DNA of 64,000 bases from Candidatus Latescibacterota bacterium (lineage in GTDB: Bacteria; Latescibacterota; CBDEFO01). Every line of letters begins with the position of its first letter. The stretch's first letter is position 1. Below are positions 1 through 9,392 of the stretch, piece after piece. Location: positions 1,792,001 to 1,856,000 of the forward strand of contig CBDEFO010000008.1 of the NCBI GenBank assembly GCA_965237525.1, read 5' to 3'. The translations under genes and the position numbers were made by a program. Below the pieces are notes generated by a model. That model had not been told where the DNA came from, searched no databases, and saw only the letters and a list, made by a program, of their open reading frames with translations.

Positions 1-314
1 GAGGGATTATCAGGGGCATTATGCTTTTGGTAGGGAAAATTGTCAAGGCCTTTGTGATGCGGGGCATCATCCCATCTTGCGATCTGTTTACCATTAGCAT
101 CCATATATTGGTACCTGTATTTCAATAGTTCTACGGATGGTTCAGTCTTGACATATTCTGCAATCCGGAACTCGGAGCTATCTGAGAATGTAACTGTCGC
201 TTTGATATAACACTCAAACTCATCAATTTGCTCAAAGTTCAAAACAAATGAGGTTACAAAAGGACTCCTGTTGATTCCCCTTTGAATCTCATCGCAATAT
301 TCACGGACGTTCAT
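1..314 (-). CDS. DUF6516/TumE-like toxin (3' end runs off the window)
   Basis: Not in ORF track. Manual translation from ATG at 314: MNVREYCDEIQRG...KYRYQYMDANGKQIARWDDAPHHKGLDNFPYQKH, carrying the 'Y.Y...RWD.APHH....FP..KH' motif. ATGA overlap with the upstream ORF stop. Confidence 0.7.
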   Translation of the reverse strand, partial: MNVREYCDEIQRGINRSPFVTSFVLNFEQIDEFECYIKATVTFSDSSEFRIAEYVKTEPSVELLKYRYQYMDANGKQIARWDDAPHHKGLDNFPYQKHNAPDNP

Positions 315-610
315 ACAGAGACACCGACAAGAACGTTATATTTTTTGATCCACTTATCGTGTCCTCTTTTTACGGCGAACCAATCGAAGAAATCCTGATC
401 GTCTCCCAACTCACCACCTTCGAACTTTTCTATAAATATCTCTGAAGTCATTTGGTACTTATCCTCAAATTCGGCGCATGCGTTCCTGAAATATTCGCGC
501 CGATACTTGGCTACATTCTTTTCCCGTTCAAGTGCTGAACTTATCACATCCTTAACTTCGACATCAGTATAGTCCGATTTAACGTTAAGATTTATCTTCA
601 TAGGAATCAC
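311..610 (-). CDS. TumA-like antitoxin (small acidic protein)
   Basis: Motif FEDKYQMTSEIFIEKFEGGELGDDQDFFDW; translationally coupled to the DUF6516-like gene. Confidence 0.6.
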   Translation of the reverse strand: MIPMKINLNVKSDYTDVEVKDVISSALEREKNVAKYRREYFRNACAEFEDKYQMTSEIFIEKFEGGELGDDQDFFDWFAVKRGHDKWIKKYNVLVGVSV

Positions 611-1721
611 TCCTTACACTATTAGCCCATTTTCTCATATATTCAATCCCTGCTCTTATCTGGTCCTGGTTCACTTTATCCGTCACAATCACTTTTCCAA
701 TCCTTTGGGGGAGCACAAATCTTATCACGCCTTCTTTTACCTTTTTATCGGATTTCATCCTATCCAAAATATCGCTCGTAGATATATTCTCAATTCCCTT
801 CGGGACCCCTACTCTTGACAATAGGCTGTTTTGACGCTCAAGGTCATCTCTCTTGAACAGACCCAATCTTTCTGCGATACTTCCCGCTGCGACCATGCCC
901 AAAATCACTGCCTCGCCGTGCCTGTACACGCTGTAATGTCCCGCAGCCTCGATAGCGTGCCCGACCGTATGCCCGTAGTTCAAAGTTGCCCTCAAATCTC
1001 CCTCTTCTTTTTCATCTCCACTCACAATATGCGCTTTTATGCGGCAGTTCCTGGCAATTAGGTCGTCCATCTGATCTGCTGAGACCTTCAGTTCCAGTAT
1101 ATCCTCTAAATTATCCTCCAAAAATGAAAAGAGTCCCTCGTCGGCGATCAAGCCGTGCTTTATGACCTCCGCTATGCCTGATCTTATCTCCTCTTGGGGG
1201 AGCGACCTTAGAAGGTCAGTGTCCACAAGCACGAAGCGAGGCTGATGAAACGCCCCGATCAGATTCTTCCCTAACTTATGATCTACGGCAACCTTGCCCC
1301 CTATACTGGCATCCACCTGGGCCACGATAGAGGTCGGGACCTGAACTAAGTCTATGCCCCTCAGGAACGTAGCTGCCACAAATCCCGCTATATCTCCTAC
1401 GACGCCTCCTCCTAACGCCACTATCGCCGAACTTCTGTCGAGCCTGTTTTCTATCAGCTTTTCGTAGATGACATCCGCCGTCTCCAGATTCTTGTGCTCC
1501 TCGCCGTCCGGTATCACCACATCCACAACCTCTAAATCCGCTCTCTGGAGGCTGCGAGATGCGAGATCCAAGTACGAATCTGCAACAGACCTGCTGGAAA
1601 TTACCGCTGCCTTTCTCCCAAGTTCGTGCTTTTTATAGTATACCCCCAATTCTCCCAGTATCCCATGCCCTATGTATATAGGATAGCTCCTGTCACCTAA
1701 ATTTACAACTATCTTTTCCAC
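585..1721 (-). CDS. aroB: 3-dehydroquinate synthase
   Basis: GGGVVGDIAGF, PTSIVAQVDASIGGK, LNYGHTVGHAIE motifs. Confidence 0.97.
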   Translation of the reverse strand: MEKIVVNLGDRSYPIYIGHGILGELGVYYKKHELGRKAAVISSRSVADSYLDLASRSLQRADLEVVDVVIPDGEEHKNLETADVIYEKLIENRLDRSSAIVALGGGVVGDIAGFVAATFLRGIDLVQVPTSIVAQVDASIGGKVAVDHKLGKNLIGAFHQPRFVLVDTDLLRSLPQEEIRSGIAEVIKHGLIADEGLFSFLEDNLEDILELKVSADQMDDLIARNCRIKAHIVSGDEKEEGDLRATLNYGHTVGHAIEAAGHYSVYRHGEAVILGMVAAGSIAERLGLFKRDDLERQNSLLSRVGVPKGIENISTSDILDRMKSDKKVKEGVIRFVLPQRIGKVIVTDKVNQDQIRAGIEYMRKWANSVRSDSYEDKS

Positions 1722-1755
1722 CCTGTCTCTTATATCCTTTCTACAACCTATGTTC

Positions 1756-2718
1756 TCACTTATCTCTCAACAGCGCGCGCTCCACAAAGTGCGAGACAAG
1801 AGCCTCTAGGGAAACGCCGACGGCTCGGGCTGCATCTGGATAAAGGCTGGTCGGCGTCATGCCCGGCAACGTGTTGATCTCAATGACTATAGGCTCTCCT
1901 TCTTCTGGAACGATGAAATCCACCCTCGATAGATCCCTGCAACAGAGCACTTCATGTGCCAGTTCGGCGATTTCCTGAGTGAGGCGATACTGCACCTCCG
2001 GAAGCGGAGCAGGGATGATGTGTTCGCACAGGCCCGGCGTGTAGCGATGTTCATAGTCATACCACGAGCCTGAAGGTGTTCGAATCTCAATTACCGGCAA
2101 TGCTTCTATCACATCTCGTTCGAGAATTCCCACAGTTATCTCACGACCCTCGATGCGTTTCTCAACAAGGACCCTCTCGTCGTAGGAAAAAGCAGCATCT
2201 ATCGCCCCTTCAAGATCTGTCAGGTCCTCTCCAAATAGAATTCCAAGAGCAGAACCCTGACTGGAGGGTTTGACCACCACATCAGATCCCAGCGAATCGA
2301 GGACGCGCTCTGCTGCACAAGAAGCACCCTCGCTCCGGTGGACGACAATATCCTTTGCCACGGGCAGTCCATTGGCTCGAAAGATCTGTTTGGAAACTAT
2401 CTTGTCCATTCCGCAGGCGCTGGCCAGTACACCGCTGCCGACGTACGGGATGCCCAAAATTTCAAGAAATCCCTGAAATGTGCCATCCTCACCCGGGGGG
2501 CCATGGAAAGCAGGAAACACTACATCAACTTGTGCATCTATAAGTGCTTCTACAATCTTGTCATCGTGTTCAAGGATAGTCACATTTTTATAAGTGGCAC
2601 GAAGGGCATCGGCGATGCATCCTCCCGTGACTCGGGATACCTCCGCTTCAGGCGATGGTCCGCCGCATACGACAGCGATAGATGGCTTCTCTTTTCGGAG
2701 CATGTCATAACCTTTCAT
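1756..2718 (-). CDS. ddl: D-alanine--D-alanine ligase
   Basis: GGPSPEAEVS, HGPPGEDGTFQG, GIPYVGSGVLASA, WYDYEHRY, EINTLPGMT motifs. True start may be 2703. Confidence 0.93.
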   Translation of the reverse strand: MKGYDMLRKEKPSIAVVCGGPSPEAEVSRVTGGCIADALRATYKNVTILEHDDKIVEALIDAQVDVVFPAFHGPPGEDGTFQGFLEILGIPYVGSGVLASACGMDKIVSKQIFRANGLPVAKDIVVHRSEGASCAAERVLDSLGSDVVVKPSSQGSALGILFGEDLTDLEGAIDAAFSYDERVLVEKRIEGREITVGILERDVIEALPVIEIRTPSGSWYDYEHRYTPGLCEHIIPAPLPEVQYRLTQEIAELAHEVLCCRDLSRVDFIVPEEGEPIVIEINTLPGMTPTSLYPDAARAVGVSLEALVSHFVERALLRDK

Positions 2719-2757
2719 TTATAGACGAAAGGAAAGGTTCTGTTGGTTTTTAATTTC

Positions 2758-2839
2758 GGCTAACGTTTCTGGCGTGCGCGAACCGCGAAACGGTTGGGCG
2801 AAGGCGCGTATGCGCCGTAGCGTAAACACGATGTTAGCG
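2758..2839 (-). repeat. attC-like site downstream of aadK-like gene
   Basis: Minus strand CGCTAAC...GTTAGCC with imperfect internal dyad, 82 bp, 44 nt after the gene stop. Confidence 0.6.
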
Positions 2840-3555
2840 GATGTCGCATGTGGTTCTCTTCGAGCAATTCTGTGTAAGAGATTTCACCCAGGCTGCGCAG
2901 CCTCAAGGTCTCTGATCTCAGTCAGAAACTGTGTGACGTTGCGCTCAAGTTCAAAAGGGTAGGAGTAACCCAAATGATCCCCAACATCGGACGCCAATCT
3001 CCCGAATATTTCGGCTGTCTTGAACATAGCTTTCCAGTTCTCTTCTAGGTCAGCTCCCGCGAAAGTTGCCTCGATTTCCGACCAAATTTGGGGGTCTAGG
3101 TGTTTCTTAAACCATCTGCCATTAGCACCCGGATTGTTCTTCCAGTTCTTCTGCATACCGATGTACCAGGCAATTGCCGATTTCAGATAATGGTGATGCA
3201 GGCCGCCGTCAAGCATGTACTTGGCGAAGAACAACTCGTCTCGGAACAGACACTTCGTGACGTAGGTTATATTCCACCAAAAGTGGTGAACAAGCTCCTC
3301 GTATTCCGACTCAGTTGGCTGCTTTGTCCAATACTCAGAGTAGGTCGGCGGGATTGTGCGCTGAATTAGGCCATCCTTGTCGAGTAGGATTTCGTACCCC
3401 ATGTCGTTGGCATAGCCTCCATCTGTTTTCATATCTTGCTCCAAGACCTCCAACAACAAGACATTGAAGTCCACTCTTGGGGCGTTTTTGAAGATTACCA
3501 TACAGCAGCCTGATCCATCGTCCCAGAATTTTGGTTTATAGGGTTCGCGTACTAA

Positions 3556-5074
3556 AAGCCTTGTGAAAAACCCTTAGATTCAGAAAGTAGTATAGAACAA
3601 GCATTGATAAAGCAGCTCCGATGTATTATATTATGTTATTGATAATATTATACATGGAGGAAACAATGACCCCACAAAAGCAGGAACAGACAAATCCGAT
3701 GTTTCACTATTTTCAGATGGAGGATTTAGTTCCCGAGGATCATATCCTTCGTCAGATTGATGAGGCAGTTGATTTTTCATTTGTACGAGACGTTGTATCA
3801 GATTGTTATTGCCCTGACAATGGCAGACCCGGTATTGATCCTGAATTAGTTGTTCGAATGATCCTTATTGGCTATCTGTATAATTTGAGTGAGAATCGGC
3901 TCTGTCAGGAAGTGGGGATGCATGCGGCATATCGGTTGTTTTGTCATCAGACATTTGATGATGCGGTTCCGGATAGGAGCACGATCAACAAGCTTCGCAA
4001 TCACAAGTGGGCATCCAGTGGGTTGTTTGAACGGATAATGCGTCAGGTAGTCCAGTGTTGCATAGATGTCGGTCTTGTGAGCGGTAAACACCTTAGTGTC
4101 GACGGCACTCAGATACAAGCTGATGCTTCAGTGAAAAGTATTGAGCCGATAGAACCCCCTGTTTCTCTTGATGATTATCTCAAGGGAATCGGTTTTGAAG
4201 GTGATAAGACAAAGGGTAGGTCCGGGCATCCTCAGGATAAAGACTTTCATGGTGAAAAGTGGACGAACCAAACACACCGTTCGACTACAGACCCCGACGC
4301 GCGCTTATACAGCAAATCGAAGGGCAAAGGGGCTTTTCTCTCGTTTATGGGCCATGATCTGATCGACACAAAAAGCAGAGTAATCCTTGAGACTCAGGGC
4401 ACGCAGGCGACAGGGACAGCAGAGCCCGAAAGTGCCCTTAAGATGGTAGATGACCTTGAAACATACACCATGCCCAAAGACATTCAGACACTTAGTGCCG
4501 ATACCGGTTACGGTTCTGGTAATTTTATCGCTGATGTACTTGACCGGGGAATCATACCCCATATTCCTCTGCGAGCCGATGAGAAGATTGAACCGATTCC
4601 TACATGGAAAAACAAGACAAATCCAGCACATATTCAGGCCGAACGGGATAGAAAAGTGCGAGAGGCGAAAGCCAGAAATCATGCACGGTCTATCTCATTA
4701 ACAGCTGACTACAAACTCTCCCGGAGACTCCGTAAACGCAGTGAACATATCTTTGCTGAAGCCAGGCAACAACACGGTATGGGACGAGCCCGTTATAGAG
4801 GACCAGCCTCACTGAATGAACAGTTGAATCTTGTTGCAACAGTACAGAATCTCAAGAGGCTTGTATCTTTCATAAGAAGGGGGAAAGCGTCTATGTGTGC
4901 CCTGTCTGTCAAAGACAGTGCATCCTGTTCTTCAAACAGCTCCTGTTCCTTGCTGACCAGAACTCTGATAAGACTATTTTGCTTATTCCACAGCAAAACG
5001 ATACGATATGCTACTCTTTGACCCATAATCGGCGCTTCAGACGCTGCCTGGGACATAACTATTTCACAAGGCTT
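3556..5074 (+). mobile_element. IS1182-family insertion sequence, copy 1 (1519 bp)
   Basis: 13-bp terminal IR AAGCCTTGTGAAA/TTTCACAAGGCTT; 4-bp target duplication CTAA (3552-3555, 5075-5078). Confidence 0.93.
3666..5021 (+). CDS. IS1182-family DDE transposase
   Basis: GRPGIDPELVVRMILIGYLY N-domain; SVDGT, ADTGY, EHIFAEAR catalytic motifs. GGAGG RBS before ATG 3666 (track start 3621). Confidence 0.92.
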   Translation: MTPQKQEQTNPMFHYFQMEDLVPEDHILRQIDEAVDFSFVRDVVSDCYCPDNGRPGIDPELVVRMILIGYLYNLSENRLCQEVGMHAAYRLFCHQTFDDAVPDRSTINKLRNHKWASSGLFERIMRQVVQCCIDVGLVSGKHLSVDGTQIQADASVKSIEPIEPPVSLDDYLKGIGFEGDKTKGRSGHPQDKDFHGEKWTNQTHRSTTDPDARLYSKSKGKGAFLSFMGHDLIDTKSRVILETQGTQATGTAEPESALKMVDDLETYTMPKDIQTLSADTGYGSGNFIADVLDRGIIPHIPLRADEKIEPIPTWKNKTNPAHIQAERDRKVREAKARNHARSISLTADYKLSRRLRKRSEHIFAEARQQHGMGRARYRGPASLNEQLNLVATVQNLKRLVSFIRRGKASMCALSVKDSASCSSNSSCSLLTRTLIRLFCLFHSKTIRYATL

Positions 5075-5499
5075 CTAAGACCTCTCCAAACGTCTCCGGC
5101 CACTTGTCTTCTTCCGGGAAGGGCTGCATATCCCTGACATATAGAGTGATGTCGTAGTCTGACAATACGTCAATCTGACCGTGGGGATTGGCCCGAGTAC
5201 TGGTAAGAAGTACTACTCGAACGTTTTCAGCCTTCTTGGCCCAGTCGGTTACTTCTTTCGCCATATCTCTTGTTTCGAGCATGAAAACCTCCTCAAGCCA
5301 AAGAGTATATTCGGGGGCGTACCTCAACCGATTGAAATGGCCGTGGCGATTCGGAAAAATCCGTAACGCTTCTTCAAGAAATGACGGGAGCAATTTCCGC
5401 TAACTTGTTTATATCCGAGCTATTTCGCATATCTTTCCATTTCGGTGCGCTATCCGAAGATCCCTCCGCGCCCAAGACCAACATTGCTTTGTTTTTCCT

Positions 5500-5781
5500 T
5501 CATCTTTCACTTCCTTGCTTTTCAAATAAACTATCAATAATCTCTTCCGCTATCCTTTCCGGTGGAGTTTGGTTATTCGATTCCACAATAATATCCGCTG
5601 TCCTGTAGAACATCTCTCTTTCTCCAAGCATTTGCTTTATCTTATCTAACGTTCCCTTGTTGTCCACTCCTGCAATCACGGGGTGATTGTCGTAGTCTTT
5701 TATCGTCTCCAGCATTGTTTCAGGCGAAGGTCCGCCGCATACGACAGCGATAGATGGTTTCTCTTTTTGGGGCATGTACAA
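5500..5781 (-). pseudogene. Chimeric stub: ddl 5' end fused to aroK 3' end
   Basis: KEKPSIAVVCGGPSPE (as in ddl) joined to TMLETIKDYDNHP...[12 protein letters not shown]...IIDSL (diverged aroK C-terminus). Confidence 0.8.
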
Positions 5782-5829
5782 ACTTTCATTTATGCAAGAA
5801 AGGGAAGGTTCTATTTGGGATGCAATTTC

Positions 5830-5915
5830 GGTTCACGTTTCGCGCGTTTGCGAACCTGCACAGCAGGTTGGGGCGAAGCACCCGAAGGCGCGAAGCTGTA
5901 AGCTTGCTGTTAGCC
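5830..5915 (-). repeat. attC-like site downstream of DUF4268 gene
   Basis: Minus strand GGCTAAC...GTGAACC; right half similar to the 2758-2839 site. Confidence 0.5.
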
Positions 5916-5942
5916 GAAGTTTCTACGAAACTCAAACACATG

Positions 5943-6878
5943 TCAAACATTTAATCTTCTAATGTGGTTTACGAGAGCTTTATCCAACTTTATCATACGA
6001 TCAATCATCTTATCGTGAAGATCGTCCCACCTGTCTTCAGCCATAAGTCCTCCCTCAGTACATTTCCACCTAATGCAGCATGACCGTCTATCTTCGCATT
6101 CCCAGTCCAAACTTTCTCCGAAGTCAGTTTCAATCTCTTCCTTCTTAGCGTGAAGTGTGTCAAATATGCGCCTGTTAATCTCCTGCGAGTCCTTCCCTCT
6201 ATCAATATAAAGATGTGCTGAGACCGAGTTGTTAGCTACTGAGTAGCAGTATGTCAATCCTGCTATTCCTGCTCCTGTTCCAATCCAAGACCGCTTACTC
6301 GGTGATATGTTGGTATGTAGTTCAGTTTTCTCTTTGCTCTTTGTCAACAGTCGTGTCCAGAACTCCACTTGGTTCTTATGTCTTTCAGCATGTTCTTTCT
6401 TCTCCTCACCACTCTCTTTGGTTACTTCACTTGGAGCACAAATAACAGAGAACAGGGGCGCAGGTGGAGATTCACCAATACGGATACCCTCAACCTTCAC
6501 AAGGTAGAAGGACACATCTGCAGGTGTAAACTCGTTTAACCACATCACAGTTTTGACATGTTCCGGACGTGGGTCACTACAAATCCAAATAGCGGTCTTA
6601 GCATCAAGGTTTGCAAGATATGTAAGGACTTTACCAAGGTGGTCATGATCGGTCTTCTCTAACTGGCATTCTATGATTACCTGGTTGCCCTCATTGTCTT
6701 CAGCTAATAGATCGGCAGCAAAAGTACCAGTTCTTTTTTGACGCTCAATAGGGGAAAGTGACAAATCTAAAGAACCGTTGAGGATCTCTATGTTTTCCTC
6801 AAGCCAACCAGTGAAGTCCCTTGCTTCGTTCTTCCATATCTCCCTAAGCGAAACCTTTTCAAGTTTGCCAATATTCAT
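5943..6878 (-). CDS. DUF4268 protein with N-terminal NucS-like PD-(D/E)xK endonuclease domain
   Basis: LREIWKNEARDFTGWL, ADLLAED...IIECQLEKTDHDHLGK, C-terminal KKEEIETDFGESLDW. Confidence 0.8.
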   Translation of the reverse strand: MNIGKLEKVSLREIWKNEARDFTGWLEENIEILNGSLDLSLSPIERQKRTGTFAADLLAEDNEGNQVIIECQLEKTDHDHLGKVLTYLANLDAKTAIWICSDPRPEHVKTVMWLNEFTPADVSFYLVKVEGIRIGESPPAPLFSVICAPSEVTKESGEEKKEHAERHKNQVEFWTRLLTKSKEKTELHTNISPSKRSWIGTGAGIAGLTYCYSVANNSVSAHLYIDRGKDSQEINRRIFDTLHAKKEEIETDFGESLDWECEDRRSCCIRWKCTEGGLMAEDRWDDLHDKMIDRMIKLDKALVNHIRRLNV

Positions 6879-6892
6879 ATTTCAGTCCCCGA

Positions 6893-7075
6893 CAATATCT
6901 GCTGTCCTGTAGAACTTCTCTCTTTCTTGGAGGATACGCCTTATCTTATCTAATTTTCCTCTGTCGTCCAATCTTGAGAGCAGAGGGCGATTGTCGTCGT
7001 CTTTTATCTCGAAGGGCAAAGGGGCTTTTCTCTCGTTTATCCAGCATTGTCTCGAGTGAAGAAAACATGTAGACT
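6893..7075 (-). pseudogene. Second diverged copy of the aroK 3' region
   Basis: [38 protein letters not shown] versus aro[39 protein letters not shown]. Confidence 0.8.
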
Positions 7076-7104
7076 CACACAATCGTGTTGCGCCGTTACT
7101 CTAT

Positions 7105-7560
7105 CTATAATCTTCCCTCTTCAAGGTCATATACGTCAAACCAGACGTAAACCGGTCGGTGTTTTGGGATATGCTCCTGGATGTATGTCTCCAAATAGTC
7201 CTGGGCTTCGTCTGACATCTCACTGAGCCGCATGTCCCGCATCTTATTGTTCCAACGGATAATCTCCATCCTGTCTTTGACTTTCGATTTGGCGTTGACC
7301 CATTCGGCAACTTCTTCGTCTGTGGTTCCCGTAGCCACGAATTCTTTCAATTCCTCATGATCTATCCCTGTAAAAGGCTCAAACTGGCTGCACAGTGAAC
7401 AGGGCCAGAAATTATACTCGCCATTGATCCCCAGAAGGAACGCTCGGCACTTATCCACACAACGTGCCAAAATCACATAGCCTCCCAATATTTCGCGGGG
7501 GCTTCTCGGATATCCCTTCCTCAAATCCTTGGCCATCAGTTTAAGTTTATCCTTATTCAT
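7105..7560 (-). CDS. DUF5069-family protein
   Basis: DLRKGYPRSPREILGGYVILARCVDKCRA...WFDVYDLEEGR. Confidence 0.75.
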   Translation of the reverse strand: MNKDKLKLMAKDLRKGYPRSPREILGGYVILARCVDKCRAFLLGINGEYNFWPCSLCSQFEPFTGIDHEELKEFVATGTTDEEVAEWVNAKSKVKDRMEIIRWNNKMRDMRLSEMSDEAQDYLETYIQEHIPKHRPVYVWFDVYDLEEGRL

Positions 7561-7603
7561 GACTTGCCATTCCTTCCATATTCGTTAGTTGAGAAGGAAA
7601 CTA

Positions 7604-7705
7604 TCTTAACTATAAGGGTCGCTTGCCATAGGTGGCAGCTACTTCTTAAGGAGTACAGAAACACCAACGCCAAGCCGTGCAGGATAGTTGCGCCCGTGGT
7701 TAGAT
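7604..7705 (-). repeat. attC-like site downstream of SDR gene
   Basis: Minus strand ATCTAAC...GTTAAGA; inner arms GGGCGC/GCGACCC pair with one extra-helical base. Confidence 0.55.
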
Positions 7706-7755
7706 ACAGCACAGAGTCAGGCAGTTTCTATTGCTGATATTCGATTAAATGCAGA

Positions 7756-8355
7756 TTATTCTGCATTCCAGACCGTGAGCACTTGACCTGTCGCATCACC
7801 TTCTACACTCTCAACGTATGCTGCGCCTGCTTCGTCCAGAGTCACCTTGCGGCTTCCTTTGGTTACGGGTCCTTCAACAATAAGTGCAGGGCTGACTGAA
7901 TTGATTCGTATCCCTCGGGGCATGACAGTGGATGCACTATATACGAAGGCATTGATCGCTCCGTTAACCGTCCCCGTCACACAACTTTCCGGGGTTGGGA
8001 ATTGGGTCAGGAAGCCTGTGGTTAATGTGAACGAACCACCGTCATTGATGTAGTCCTTGCCTATGAGAACCAGATTTACTTGCCCCATCAGCTTCCGTTT
8101 GATACCGATATAAAACTCTTCTTCACTCAACTGCTCAAACGGACCAAAGTGGCTGTCGTGTCCTCCAACTGTCGCTACAACCGCGTCAAACGAACCGACA
8201 GACTCATACATGTCCCGGATGGATTGATTATCCGTGTAGTCAACAGTCAGATCACCTCTGGTGTGTCCGACTTTAATCACCTCATGTCGGGGTAACAGAA
8301 GTTCTACAACTTTGCTACCGATGTAACCTGAAGCTCCTACAGCAACGATTTTCAT
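7756..8355 (-). CDS. Short-chain dehydrogenase/reductase
   Basis: VGASGYIG Rossmann motif, KLMGQVNLV, RGIRINSVSP. Confidence 0.88.
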   Translation of the reverse strand: MKIVAVGASGYIGSKVVELLLPRHEVIKVGHTRGDLTVDYTDNQSIRDMYESVGSFDAVVATVGGHDSHFGPFEQLSEEEFYIGIKRKLMGQVNLVLIGKDYINDGGSFTLTTGFLTQFPTPESCVTGTVNGAINAFVYSASTVMPRGIRINSVSPALIVEGPVTKGSRKVTLDEAGAAYVESVEGDATGQVLTVWNAE

Positions 8356-8488
8356 AAGTTTCCTCCTGAATTGTTAAAGTAACAAACCTTCGCCTGATCG
8401 CGATAAAAAAGCCAAGTCACATACCTATCGCAACACTCAAGGTCACAGGGTGGGGAGCCTTTCTCTTTGGGAGAATGGCCACGGTTGC

Positions 8489-8569
8489 TTATAACTTATT
8501 ATCAGTCACGAACCCACGTAGTGTGCTTGCGAAGGATGAACGGCCAGAGCCGTGACCCAGGTGTTAGGG
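8489..8569 (-). repeat. attC-like site downstream of HAD gene
   Basis: Minus strand CCCTAAC...GTTATAA; inner arms GTCACG/CGTGAC; begins 14 nt after the stop codon. Confidence 0.55.
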
Positions 8570-8583
8570 GCTTTTGCTCCTCT

Positions 8584-9270
8584 TTATGGCACTGTTAGAG
8601 ACTCGACCTGCGCTATTAAATCATGTAAAGGTAGATCGGCCAGAGAGCTCAATTGAAGATCAGCTTCTTCTATAGAAAGGTGCTTGGTTATAGAATTAGG
8701 CACGGACACGCAAAAGATTCCAGCGCTTTTAGCGGCTCGTATACCGTTCGGGGAATCTTCAAGCACTATCGCTTCGTCAGCAGCGACAGCCAACGTCCCA
8801 AGGGCAAGCGTATAAAGCGCAGGATGTGGTTTCGTTTCGGTTACATCATCCCGGGTCTTTATGTCATCAAAGTAGTGCAGAAGATCTAAACGGGCTAAAT
8901 GAGGGATAACCCAATTTCTGGGAGAACTGGAAGCTAAACCAATCTTCAGGTTCAGCCGTCTGGCATCTTGCAGATAGCCTTCCACACCGGGTAATGTATG
9001 CTGACCCTGTATTAGCTCTTGATTGCGTAATCGGAGTTTTGCTTGAATATCTTCCCGATCAATGGACGCACTCAACTGATCTTGTAAATTCTGGTAGGGA
9101 TCGAATGAAGAGGATGCTGTTCCAATACAAACAGACCAAGTAGACAATGAAAGCTTACAATCGAATTCTTGATATATTTCTTGCCACGATTGGAATACTG
9201 GAAGCTCGGTATCTAAAATAAGACCATCAAAATCGAATATCAGTGCTCTGATCATTTCTTTATCCCTCAC
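8584..9270 (-). CDS. HAD-superfamily phosphatase (beta-PGM/CbbY-like)
   Basis: FDFDGLILDTE, KPHP, EDSPNGIRAAKSAG. Confidence 0.9.
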   Translation of the reverse strand: MRDKEMIRALIFDFDGLILDTELPVFQSWQEIYQEFDCKLSLSTWSVCIGTASSSFDPYQNLQDQLSASIDREDIQAKLRLRNQELIQGQHTLPGVEGYLQDARRLNLKIGLASSSPRNWVIPHLARLDLLHYFDDIKTRDDVTETKPHPALYTLALGTLAVAADEAIVLEDSPNGIRAAKSAGIFCVSVPNSITKHLSIEEADLQLSSLADLPLHDLIAQVESLTVP

Positions 9271-9392
9271 CCAATGGGTGCTAATTCGTTCATGGGTGAA
9301 CTATTTCTCATATCTTTCTATTTCGGTGTGATATTCGAACTTCGGATATATATCTTTGTGGCTGAAAAAGTAACATCGCTCTGTTCTCCCCC

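Larger units (their letters stand above)
2884..5282 (-). pseudogene. Aminoglycoside 6-adenylyltransferase (AadK/ANT(6))-family gene split by IS
   Basis: N-part 5282-5075 (LTSTRANP..DVLSDYDI) plus C-part 3551-2884 (FWWNITYVTKCLFRDELFFAK). Removing the IS and one CTAA restores a continuous 291-aa frame (...FGEVL|VREPYKP...). Confidence 0.85.

Noticed and set aside
1756..2718. ddl in cassette context as a VanA-type D-Ala-D-Lac ligase
   Set aside because: The omega loop reads YDYEHRY (Tyr, D-Ala-D-Ala type) and no vanH/vanX neighbours are present.
7009..7040. CRISPR spacer targeting the IS
   Set aside because: Spacer-like length, but no flanking direct repeats, leader or cas genes.
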